Virus record (IMG/VR): IMGVR_UViG_3300005613_000081
Coordinates: 1-54,096 of that record
Source: a virus
Lineage: Duplodnaviria > Caudoviricetes
Reading direction: 5' to 3' (one strand)
DNA length: 54,096 nt
In this document: in pieces, positions 19,091-30,400 of the stretch
Position numbering within the stretch: position 1 is the first letter of the stretch
Layout of the letters: each line of letters starts with the position of its first letter
The notes under the pieces: model-generated
Database searches by the model: none
Seen by the model: the letters and a program-made list of their open reading frames with translations, nothing else
What the model was told of the DNA's origin: nothing
Position numbers and translations under genes: made by a program

Positions 19091-22000
19091 TGGTAGCTAC
19101 ACTAACACCAAATGTATGTCAGTATTGGATAACAGATGAACCTGTACAGTGTGAGTATTGGGACGATGTTAATAAGACATGTACTTTTGAACCTTCATCA
19201 GATGGTATTGAGGCTACACGTGCTCCTTATTGTAATAAAATAGGTACGGCTGTTGATTGTAATCATTATAGTGGTACTGGTATTAAGGCTAGATGTATTC
19301 TGCCAGATCCAAGTAGACATGTAGTTAATAGAACAACTGGTAAGAAGTGGGAGATTGATGATATTACTGGTTATAATGATGGTGATTGTGATGGCAGTGG
19401 TACTGATACTACTTGTGCTGGGTATTCGCCGTACCATATGGCTTTTAGTAAATTACAACCTACTTCGGATGAAAGCATAGATGATACTGGATTTTCTACT
19501 ATTGATGAGATTGGTTATAGACTTCCTATGAATTATGAAGTATATAATAAAAGAGCGAAACTAGGTAGATGTTATTGGTGGAAAGATGAGACTACGGATT
19601 TTTATATAGATAATGATCCTTCTAGTTTATCTTATGGTATGGTAATGACTTATATATCTAAATGCACTAATCCAGATGAAGTTACTTTTAAGTATAGGCA
19701 ATACAATTTTGATGAAGATACTGGTACTATAAATCCTCCTTGTAATGGAGCTAACCCAAGTTGTCCTCGTTATACTAGCAATGTTTGTTGGCAGTATTGT
19801 ATTGATGAAAAAATGAGACAGGGTAATAGAGTTTTAGCAGAACAAATTTTAGAATTAAGATATTATATAAAAAAAGATAAATGGACTGAATCTTTATATG
19901 AAAAGTCTTTTAAAGACCCTTATATTTTTGCTGGTACAAAAGCGTGGAAGGAATCATTGTATCAGGAAGAAGATAAATATTTAATAGTAGCAGCTCGTAC
20001 TTATATATCAGATTTTGAAGTATTTGATATTGATTATAATGAATCTCTTTTAACTGATGGTACTTCTGATTCAACATATAAAAAAGAGTACCCTACGTTA
20101 GTTAGAGACTTAAATAACTTTACTTTAACTCCAATTATTAGGAATACATTTGATGAGAATAGTGATGGTAAGTTTGTTTTTGAGGTGCCTAAACTACAAC
20201 ATAAGTATATTAAGATTGTTGGTGATGTTTTTTATTATGGTAGTACTTCTTATGGAGTTAATTTAAGTGATCCTGATTTATATTTTTTACCTCGTGAGTT
20301 ATTATATTTTGATAGTATGTCCGAAATAGAAAATAATTATATAGCGGCTGGTGCTTCGGATGGGTATACTAGTTTTTATAATAATTTAGAATGTTTATTA
20401 GAAAATTTAATTCATTATTGTCCGGATAAAGTAGCTGAGTCAGAAATCACAGGTGAGAACTCTTTTTATATGGATGTGGAGACGTTTTTTGGTAATAATG
20501 ATATTTTTGTTTTTGATAAAGGCAGTGGTGTTTGGGAATATGATAAAATCTCTGTGAAAAAGAATTTATGTAACGGGGTGGTTGGTCAAACTAGTTTTTC
20601 TGTTGATAATAGTGGTGGTACTATAAGTTATTTAGCATCGTATGAGAATAGTTTTTCTGGATTTGTAAATAAATCAGGTGAGGCTACTTTTTGTTTTTTT
20701 CCATTTATGTCAGAGGATGGTGGTGCTCAAGTAGATTATATTTATAATGATGGGGTAAGAAAAAGATTGAATTCTAATTATTCCTCTTTATCTGATATTG
20801 ACACTTATGAAATGTGTTATAAATTATACAAGGTGAAAGTGTTTGATAGATTATCGTTAGATCAGGAGAATTTTAGACTTTTTGGAAACGCTGGGTGGGT
20901 TTTAGTGACTATTCCGGATGGAAATATATTAAGCAATGTTATTAAGCCTTGGGAAGTATCTGGAGATATTACTATAACTGTTGTAGATGCCTTGAACGTA
21001 TCTCATAGTATTAAAATGGAAGTGGTTGATAGAGAATCAAACGTAGAGAAATTAGAGGTTAATCAAATAATAATAAAACCGGAAGATGTTGAAGATTTTA
21101 GACAGCCCTGTAGTGCTAAATTAAATATTGGTCCTATATATAATTATGAGAAGAGTAGTTTTGAAGATTATGAGGGAAGTGAAAGTCGTGAATTAGTAAG
21201 GGAATCCTTTTTAGATGATGATGATGTGATTGATTATAGAGTTGTTACTGAATTAAAAGAAGAGAATGGTCAGTATACTCTTACAAAATTTGGTACTGAG
21301 ACATTAATGATATCTGTTGTTTTTAAAGGGTCTAGTGGTAGACCTAAAGGTCAAATTAAGACCAAAATATTAACGTGGGTTAGACAGCCTTATTGTAGAG
21401 ATGTTGAAATATATTATAAGTGGTATGCTGAATATCAGAAATGTGTTTTATTACCAGAAATGAGGTGTTATGGTACCACAGGTTTAAGATGTGAAATAGG
21501 ATTAAATAAAATTACTATGGTTCCCCCTTGTGGAGATCATGATTTATCCTTGTGGAGTGGTAAAGGTTCTATGTGGTATCCTTATGAAGAATGTGATAGT
21601 GTTGCTAGATGGAATATAGTTGGTAATTTAACTGAATGGGATATTAATATTATGGATTGTTTTTGGGAGGGTGTAGATCCGCCGCACGGTTCTTGGGATA
21701 TGCGTATGTTAGGTCCAGACCAAGAAGAAGCTCGTACATGTGGTACACATGCTCAGTTATGGGCTTGTACTTGTGATTGGAGTTTTTGTAATTATAATAA
21801 AGTAACAGAAAATATATTTTGTGGTACAGGTATGTATAGAGGTGGTATAGATGGGGATGATTACTATAGGTGCATAAGAAATGATGGTGATGCACCTAAA
21901 TTTGGAAATGTTATAAGAGATTTTCTAAGAAGTTTTAGGTCTATAGATAATATAGATTATTATTATTTTGATGGTAGGTCTTTTTATAGAAATAGAAAAT

Positions 22001-24408
22001 GGGTACCTATGCCTGAGTTTTATACAACTGTTGATGTAACTAGTGATACTAGTGAGTACCCATTTCTTTTGTATTCTAGTAATGATTTTTATGATGATGG
22101 TGGATCCTTTATACATCCTATGGGGTTGTTATTAGCTAGTTATAACATTGAAGGAGTAGATATTGAGGAGGAATTATATAAAGATGATAGTGGATTGGAG
22201 ACATTGCGTCATAGATTTGATGATGTTTTTGAAACACATTCAACTGTTGCTGGTATATATTACCCATATCCTAAAGATCTTTATTGTAAAATGGTAGGTG
22301 GAGATCTTAAACCTGTTATGAGTTGGTATACTTATAAGGATTTTCCTGGTGATGGTGGTGGTGCGGATAAATCTATACAATGGGCATGGCAAGAAATTTG
22401 GGTAGATTTAGAAAGAAGCAAAGATTTGTTTAATAATATAACTACTTTAGAGTGTAGTAGTTCAGATGATAGTATATTATGTTGTCCAGAAATAGATATT
22501 GATGATAGTGGTGAATTACATGGTCCGTATTTTTTCCAAGATGAGGTTGTTTATGGAAAACATTGTTTTATAGAAGTAGAGTACCCTGATTATAGATATG
22601 ATGTTGAATTAAAAGAACATAGATTGGTTTGTGATGAGGGTGACCATGTTATTAAATTAATACCACCAGATTTTTCGGCTAATGATGATGGTGATATTAA
22701 TGTGTTTTTTGAAATTCAGTTAGATAGTGGTCCATCTAGGTTGTTTGATATTAATGGTGAGTGGGATCCTGATGATTCGCACGAATATTATGATTTATAC
22801 ACTACTTGTACTAATAGCCCATGGGTAGAGACTGTTACACTTTTTGGTACCGGATACACCAGTTCTTCGGAGGAAGACGCCGAAAGTGATGGTAGGATGA
22901 TTTTAACTTATGATAGTATTGGTGAAGAAGTTAAAGAGTATTATCAAAGAGGTTTAGATGTTGCACTTGTGCCAAGTAAATTGGTTTATTTACCATTGAA
23001 TACTGAATTACTTTCTTCGGAGAATTATGAAGTTAAATTTAGTGTTATACCAGATGAGGCTGGGGAAGAAGTTGAAGTTGATGAATGGTATTCATTACCA
23101 AATTGTTTTTATGTTATGTATTATTGCGGTGATCATAATGAAATAGAAATTGAATTTAATGTTACTAAAGAAGAAGGTAGTGATGTAGGTATAATAAGTA
23201 AATTAAAATGTGAATTTGAATTTGGAGCTGTGGACTCTGAAGAAGAAGCTCCAAAAGGAGCATGGTTTGGTGAATTATATCATTTACCAGCTGTGGAAAT
23301 ATATATTGATAATGTGGTAAAATATCAATGTGATGATATGTATTTATCAGATAATAAAGAAGGTATTACTACTAAAAGTTGTGTTTATGATTTTAATTTA
23401 AGTCCTGAAGATATACTTAATTCTAAGGAAAGTGAAGCTGGGAAAAGAAGGGATGGTCACGATACAAATGTAAATGTTAAAATTAAGTTTAGAATAGCTC
23501 CTACAGATGGTGAAATAACTGAATATGGATTAGATAAATATTATATTTCTGCTTACAATAAAGTGAAAGTAAATTGTATTTATTTATACCATGTAAATTT
23601 TATAGAGGCTACTGAGAATATAACCACTTGGGAACGTAAATATCATATTTCATACGGTAAACATGGGGATTTTCCACCACATGGGTATGATAGTACTGGA
23701 TCTTTGCTTTATCTTCTTAATAAAGATAGGTCTACAGTGTATCAATATGATTCAATAGGTGGTGTTGCCGGTATGCCTAATAGTAATAATTCTTGTAAAA
23801 CTATGAACAAATGTAGAGGTAGAATAATGAATTCGTGCCATGCTGATAAGGAACCTTTGCCAGGTAGTGATTTATATACATGGGAAGCTGAGCAGAAGAA
23901 AATATACGATGCTGTGGTAGATAGTGGTGCTGTTAGTTTTCAAATGACAGCTGTTTGTCCGCCAGGGTTACAAACATATTTAGATTTATCTGGATCGACA
24001 TTTCAGCCATGGTCTTGTGCTTTTGTAAATACAGCGTTAATGAAGCTATCTCCTGTTATACCAAGAGCAAAATTTAATGCTGATGGCCATCGTTTTGATT
24101 GGGATTTTAGTAATATTGGTAAAGCAACGCTGTGCGGCGGTTTATTTTCACATTTTTATAGATATGATGTTTTTGAGTATGTTTATAGAAGAGCTGCAGA
24201 GCCAGATAACATGTTGTGGGATAGTATGGACGCTCTTATAGCTTATTATAGAGGTACTGGATCTTTTCTTGTTCATCCATTGAAATATTTGTCAAATCTT
24301 ATGAATAAGACTGATGAATATCAAAACAATGTTAGGTCATTAGCAATTCAATACGCTTTGTTTGATCGTCAAGATTGTCAATTACCCCCAGCGCCGCCTA
24401 TTATGTAA
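19090..24408 (+). CDS. Very large Cys/Tyr/Asp-rich protein of unknown function (probably virion-associated)
   Basis: 1772-aa uninterrupted ORF within the structural module; no family recognised. Confidence 0.75.
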   Translation: MVATLTPNVCQYWITDEPVQCEYWDDVNKTCTFEPSSDGIEATRAPYCNKIGTAVDCNHYSGTGIKARCILPDPSRHVVNRTTGKKWEIDDITGYNDGDCDGSGTDTTCAGYSPYHMAFSKLQPTSDESIDDTGFSTIDEIGYRLPMNYEVYNKRAKLGRCYWWKDETTDFYIDNDPSSLSYGMVMTYISKCTNPDEVTFKYRQYNFDEDTGTINPPCNGANPSCPRYTSNVCWQYCIDEKMRQGNRVLAEQILELRYYIKKDKWTESLYEKSFKDPYIFAGTKAWKESLYQEEDKYLIVAARTYISDFEVFDIDYNESLLTDGTSDSTYKKEYPTLVRDLNNFTLTPIIRNTFDENSDGKFVFEVPKLQHKYIKIVGDVFYYGSTSYGVNLSDPDLYFLPRELLYFDSMSEIENNYIAAGASDGYTSFYNNLECLLENLIHYCPDKVAESEITGENSFYMDVETFFGNNDIFVFDKGSGVWEYDKISVKKNLCNGVVGQTSFSVDNSGGTISYLASYENSFSGFVNKSGEATFCFFPFMSEDGGAQVDYIYNDGVRKRLNSNYSSLSDIDTYEMCYKLYKVKVFDRLSLDQENFRLFGNAGWVLVTIPDGNILSNVIKPWEVSGDITITVVDALNVSHSIKMEVVDRESNVEKLEVNQIIIKPEDVEDFRQPCSAKLNIGPIYNYEKSSFEDYEGSESRELVRESFLDDDDVIDYRVVTELKEENGQYTLTKFGTETLMISVVFKGSSGRPKGQIKTKILTWVRQPYCRDVEIYYKWYAEYQKCVLLPEMRCYGTTGLRCEIGLNKITMVPPCGDHDLSLWSGKGSMWYPYEECDSVARWNIVGNLTEWDINIMDCFWEGVDPPHGSWDMRMLGPDQEEARTCGTHAQLWACTCDWSFCNYNKVTENIFCGTGMYRGGIDGDDYYRCIRNDGDAPKFGNVIRDFLRSFRSIDNIDYYYFDGRSFYRNRKWVPMPEFYTTVDVTSDTSEYPFLLYSSNDFYDDGGSFIHPMGLLLASYNIEGVDIEEELYKDDSGLETLRHRFDDVFETHSTVAGIYYPYPKDLYCKMVGGDLKPVMSWYTYKDFPGDGGGADKSIQWAWQEIWVDLERSKDLFNNITTLECSSSDDSILCCPEIDIDDSGELHGPYFFQDEVVYGKHCFIEVEYPDYRYDVELKEHRLVCDEGDHVIKLIPPDFSANDDGDINVFFEIQLDSGPSRLFDINGEWDPDDSHEYYDLYTTCTNSPWVETVTLFGTGYTSSSEEDAESDGRMILTYDSIGEEVKEYYQRGLDVALVPSKLVYLPLNTELLSSENYEVKFSVIPDEAGEEVEVDEWYSLPNCFYVMYYCGDHNEIEIEFNVTKEEGSDVGIISKLKCEFEFGAVDSEEEAPKGAWFGELYHLPAVEIYIDNVVKYQCDDMYLSDNKEGITTKSCVYDFNLSPEDILNSKESEAGKRRDGHDTNVNVKIKFRIAPTDGEITEYGLDKYYISAYNKVKVNCIYLYHVNFIEATENITTWERKYHISYGKHGDFPPHGYDSTGSLLYLLNKDRSTVYQYDSIGGVAGMPNSNNSCKTMNKCRGRIMNSCHADKEPLPGSDLYTWEAEQKKIYDAVVDSGAVSFQMTAVCPPGLQTYLDLSGSTFQPWSCAFVNTALMKLSPVIPRAKFNADGHRFDWDFSNIGKATLCGGLFSHFYRYDVFEYVYRRAAEPDNMLWDSMDALIAYYRGTGSFLVHPLKYLSNLMNKTDEYQNNVRSLAIQYALFDRQDCQLPPAPPIM

Positions 24409-24424
24409 TAGAGGAAGGAAATAA

Positions 24425-27400
24425 ATGTCATATAATTTTTTAAGAGATGCCAGACATATACAAAACTCATTTTTATGTAAATATGATAGTTTAGATGGGT
24501 ATGCTTCTGATTTCCATATAAATGGAAATGTAGACGGGTGGGATGTCTATAATAATATTTATTTATATGGTTGTTGGGGTAGTGTGCTTTTTGGTACTAG
24601 TTACGATAGAGATTGTTATATAAGTAGGTCCAATGTTTTTGAATATGTTGAAGCTGAAAGTTATTATTATATTAAACTTATGATGAAAGTTACTAATAAT
24701 AATAGTGGTAAAGTTGTTCAGGGGCTTACTACTGGTAGGATAAGATGGATAACGATTACCGATTCTACTTGGGATGAAGACAAACAATTAGATTTTGATA
24801 TAATAGCTGACGATAAATGGCGTTTGTATACAATAAACATGGGACCTGAGCAGTTATGGCAGGGAGATGTTAATAATTTAAGAATTTATCCTTTTATTGA
24901 TGGATGGGAAGGGGATGAGTTTGCTATTAAATTTATTAAAGTATCTTCTTTAAATAATTGGTCATGTTCAAATACACAATGCTCATATTATACTCAGTAT
25001 AATCATCCATGTGCTGGAGCTGGGAGTAGAGGAAGTTGTGAAGCTGGTATAGATAAATCTTCTTATACTACTGTATCTGGAGTTAGTGATAATCTTATAA
25101 TTAATATAGATGGGTATGGTGATGAAGAGTTTTCATTAGGAAATAATGTAAATGTTACTGGTATAGAAATGGCTAGGATTATAGGAGATAAAGTATCTAC
25201 TGTAGGAATTGGTGGGTATGCGTTTGTTGATGTAGAATACCTAGAAACTAATAAACTGAAAATAAAATCTGGTAGTATTGGATCAGATAGTTATGTAGAA
25301 GTTAAATATTCAACAGCATCTGAGGCTTTGGGATTTTATGATAATGGTATTAATGTATCTAATCATACTAGTGGGCTAGATCCAGCTGATAAATTTGATT
25401 ATACTTCGTCTAGATTACTACAATCATTTGAAATTAATAAATTAATAGATGGTGATAAAGAAAATGTAGCTTATATACATAACCCTAATCAATATAATGT
25501 TGAGGGTGGTAGAAAGGATTTTAATGAAATTGGAGTTTCTAAATTAATTTCAGAAATAGGTGGTGTTGATTACTATGAATCTCTTGGTAATAATAATAAA
25601 ACTTTAATAGACTTATCACATCCTATTAATAATAATGGTAGAATTAAAGCTATTTATTTGTATGGTAGAATATCTACTTTGTCTAAAGTTAAAATATGTA
25701 GGCCTAAGAAGGACGGTACTTTGGAAGTTGTTTGTAGTTTGGATTTACCATTAGAAGATGACAGTAAATTATATACTTATCTTCCGATTAATTATAGGTT
25801 AGATTGTAGTGTTTTGGTTAATAAAGGCGATTTAATTGGTATTTATAATGCTGATTTATATGTTGGTTTGACACTAAGAGGATATCCAGATGCTAGTTTT
25901 TACCATGTTAGTGGTGAAGTTAGTGGTACATTTGATCCTGGTAAAGTGTATTCGTTTGGTGTGGCTGGATTTGCTATATATGCTAGAGGAGATAGATATC
26001 AAAATAATTTATTATTAGATATAGATTTTGGTAATAGGATTAATATAGAGGAAGTTAATTTGTATGGTGAGGAAAACGCTGAATATTTAGAATTTAATAT
26101 AGCTTCTTGTTTAGATGTTAGTTGGCAGGTGGATTTATTTAGTGAATCTCATTATCATAGTGGCACTAATTGGTTAAACGGTGATCCTTGGACTGATGTT
26201 CACCAAAATATAGCTTATGGCGAAGATTGTTTGGATGATTGTATAGTTACTGCTGATAACGGTCAAGCTGGAGATACTTATGGTAATGATTCTAATGGAT
26301 TATGGACATCCGGAGACCATTCATATTTTTATGTAAATGGTGATGCTGAATGGTTATATTCAGATGAATGTACTGGTAAGACTGAATATTGTTGGCCTTA
26401 CGTTCCTGGGTCTGCTTTAGGTATAAGAACTGAAAGGGTGGGTGGTTTTACTTATGACCCTATAGCATTTACATTAATTTTTCCTCACGGGTTTAGAACT
26501 AGTATTCACAAAAGTATAATGTATTTTAAAGAGAGGGATAATTTTAGAAGTGTAGCTTTATCTTATTATTTAGGGCCCTATAATTTTACTGGTGATGCTG
26601 ATACCACATCCTTCAAATTGATACCAAGTTATAATTCAATTGGTTTAGATGGGTCTTTATATACTTATGAAAATAGTGGGGAAATTAGAGATTATATATT
26701 TAAAAATCCAACTAATCAAAGAATTATATATGCTAATGGTGCAGCTTCAAATTGGCGGGAATACCAAGCAGCTTTATGGGCTGATTGGGTTATACTAGAA
26801 CATAATTTCGATCCAGTAGAGTGTTATGGTTTTAGGATATATACTGATCATCATTATAGTACAAAAATAATGGAGTTAGAGGTTTATAGTAAAATAGAAA
26901 CTGATCCGTCTCTTTTAGATAATATTAGTTTATCTTTTTCGGATTATGATGATATTTGGAAAACAGCTAGTTTTGTTGAGGAATCATCTAATAAAGTCTC
27001 TGCTTTTATAGGAGGTTCTCCAAGGTATGTTTCTATAGAAATAGAATCTGCAAATGAATTTAGTGTTAACGAAATTGAATTTTTAGTCGGTGACCAATTA
27101 AAATTAGAGAGTTGTGAAGATACAATATTACTTAGTGAATCTGGGATAAATAAAGTAAATAAAGCCATGTCTATTGGTATAGAAAATATTTATGATATAC
27201 CATTGGATTTAACTGTTGATATACCAAAAGAAATATCTGATACAGATGGTATTATATTTTGGAGTAAGCTAGGATCTCAAGATGAGATTGATAATCCTGA
27301 AATAGGCCCTGGGTGTATATTACACAAAAATGATGATTATGATATACGAAATGATAATTGTCAATGTGCCATTAATATTCCGTGCTACGGTTTAAAAAAT

Positions 27401-30400
27401 TTAGTTGATGGTAAAGAATCTTATGTATTTGAAAATGAATATAGTTGGTATTATTATGGTACATTGAGTAGTGGTACTTCTGTAGATTATTGTAATTCTG
27501 AAGCTGGGCATAGAAAAGATATAGTTTTTGACGCAGTTTCTAGTAAATATTGGAAAGTAAGCGGATATTATCCAGAAGATTATGTTATTTCAAATGTTGA
27601 TGCTTTTTATAATGGAAACTCTGTGAATATAATTAGTACATTATCTGGTACAATGACATATGAATCGCCTTTTTTTATAGAGTTAGAAAGTAATGAACCT
27701 TTGGATACTATTATATTATATGCTACTGGTGATCTTACTTTACCATCTATTTTTTTGAGTGTTGATAATATTACTTATGGTTTGTGGGCTAGAGATATAG
27801 GTTCTACTAGTGATGCTACTGAGATTGATGGTACATGTGATTCTAAAGATTGTTATGATGATGATTGTGATTATTTTGGCTGCAGAAAGGCTTTTAATAA
27901 TGATGAAAGTGATTATTATCATTCAAAAGCAGGAGATGCTTTAGATCCCGAAAAATGGTTAGGGTACGATTTTGGTGAGGAAGTAGTAATTCAAAGAGTT
28001 AGATTTAAACAGTATAGTGCTACTGGTCATTACTTAAAAAATTATATTGTGGAAGGTACTACTGATGCTAATGCTGATTGGGATTCTAGATCTTGGACTA
28101 CATTAGCTAATGGTACTGGATCTATGGGTTGGAATGATATTACATTTAGTAATAGTACTGGATATAAGGCAATTAGAGTTAGAGGAGATTCACATTCGCC
28201 ATATTATTTTGTTGTTAAGGAAATGGAAATGTATGGCAGTGTTTTAGATAGTCCAAACAATCTGTCATTAAACATTTATGATTATTATAAATATTTTGTT
28301 ATAGATTTGGAAAGAAGGCATAATTTAGATATAATTAGAAATTATGGTGATGATACTAATAAATTATTTATAAGTACTAATGTTGTTACTGATTTTTCTA
28401 ATAGTATGACATCTAATGTAGATGATGTTATATGGAATAATAGTACTAATGAGGATGTTAGGTGGTTGAGGATCAAGATTTTATGTGAGGAAAGTAATAC
28501 TAAATGTTTGAGAAAGTTGGGTATTTATTCAGATATTTCTCAAGCTTATTGTATTGGCGGTGGATATAACTGTGAATGGGAATCTTTAGGTACTATTTTG
28601 TCATCATACCCAGCTCCGATAAATATTGCTTATGGTGCCACTGTTACTGGTACTAATTATTGGTTTAGAAATTATTATCCAGATAATGCTGTAGATGGTA
28701 TTTATGATAGTTATAAAACTGAAGATAGTTGGGGATTTCAAAAAGTTGATGGTATTGATCCATATTTAGAGATAGATTTTGATGATATTTATACAATTAA
28801 TAAAATAAAATTATACCATGGACATAATCCTAAAGATACTACATATATAAATAAAGATTATACACTCAGTGTATTAACAACTGTTTCTGGTATTTTTGAG
28901 GAAGTGCTAAGTGTAACTAGTAATGATGAGTATGAAGTAACACATCAATTTGATCCTGTTGATGCTCAGATTGTAAGATTGACAATTACTGATTATGATT
29001 CTAGTAGATATTTAGTTTATAACGAATCTACCCAAAGATATGAAGAATTTAAAGGTAGTTTTTTAAGAGAAGTGGAGATTTATACTTATGTAGATGAGGG
29101 GTATGTAGATAGTGAAACATGGCCTGTTGTGTGTATGAACTTGAAGGACCAGTTTAATATTATTGATCATGAATTAATTAATAAGGACATTACTGATTCT
29201 GATACTGATTGGGATAACAATGAAGATTTTTTTAAGTATTCCGATAATATTTGGAGTGATCCAGAAAAGGTTTCTTTTACTGAAGGTGGTGAATATGTAA
29301 CATCCTACGTAAGCGATGATAATTCAGGTGATGTAAGAGGATCTACTGAATATTTGTTTGATACAAATGTTTATTTTGAAGAGGGTAGGTATAATATTGA
29401 GTGGAGTGCTTATAAAGCTGTTTATAATGAAGAAATAAGTTTGAGGTTAGAGGGTAACAATGTTATAGATAGTTTTGCTGATGTTTTGTATGATGGATGG
29501 TCAGGTCAAAAAAGTATTATAGATATTTCTGAAAGTGGTTTTTATGATATAAAAGGTGTTCAGCATATAAGTCCTGAGTATAGGTGGGGGACGAAAGATC
29601 CGTATATATATAGATCTAGTGGTTATGTTAAATGGGTATCTGTAAAGAGAGATACTGCTGAAAATTATTCTTATGATGATGATTCGGATAAATATGGTAA
29701 GGATTATTTGTCATTATTTAAGGTTTTTGGCGATACTAAATATAATCCTTCAGAGTATAGTTGGTGGTGGTCATCAACTTTAAGTAGTTTAGATAATGAT
29801 GGGTTTAATGTACAAGTTGGGTCTCGTTCACTGAAAATTAGTTATCCAACATCATCTGGTACTGATATTGTTTCTTTTATAGAAGGTGATGATTTTGGCG
29901 AGGATATTTATTATTCGCCTGAGGATGCATTATCTTTTTGGTGGTATATTAGTGATGTGAGTAAATTAGATGTGGTTTTTGGAGATGTATCTTTTGGTAT
30001 TATAAATGGTGAAGAACCTATTTATTATAAATGGTATATTAATAGTTTATCTTTAACATCTAATTGGAATTATATTAGATTAAAGTTTAATGAATATGAT
30101 ATTGTTAGTCCTTCTACTGATTTATATAGTATGTATAGTTTTTTAGACGAAAAGTTAGATTTTCGTACAAACGGTAAAAGTTTTACTTCTTTTAAAATTA
30201 GATATAGAGGCAAAGGTCAATCATTTATTATGAATATCGATAGTTTAAAAATAGAAAGAAATAAATTTTTAGATTTTGTAAAATTTGAAAATGGATTATG
30301 CTTGACTAATGACGATTTTTTAGAAACGCCAATTTCTAATTTAAGTTTAAGAAAAGGGTCTATAGAGTTTTATCTGAAATTATATTATGATTCTTATGGT

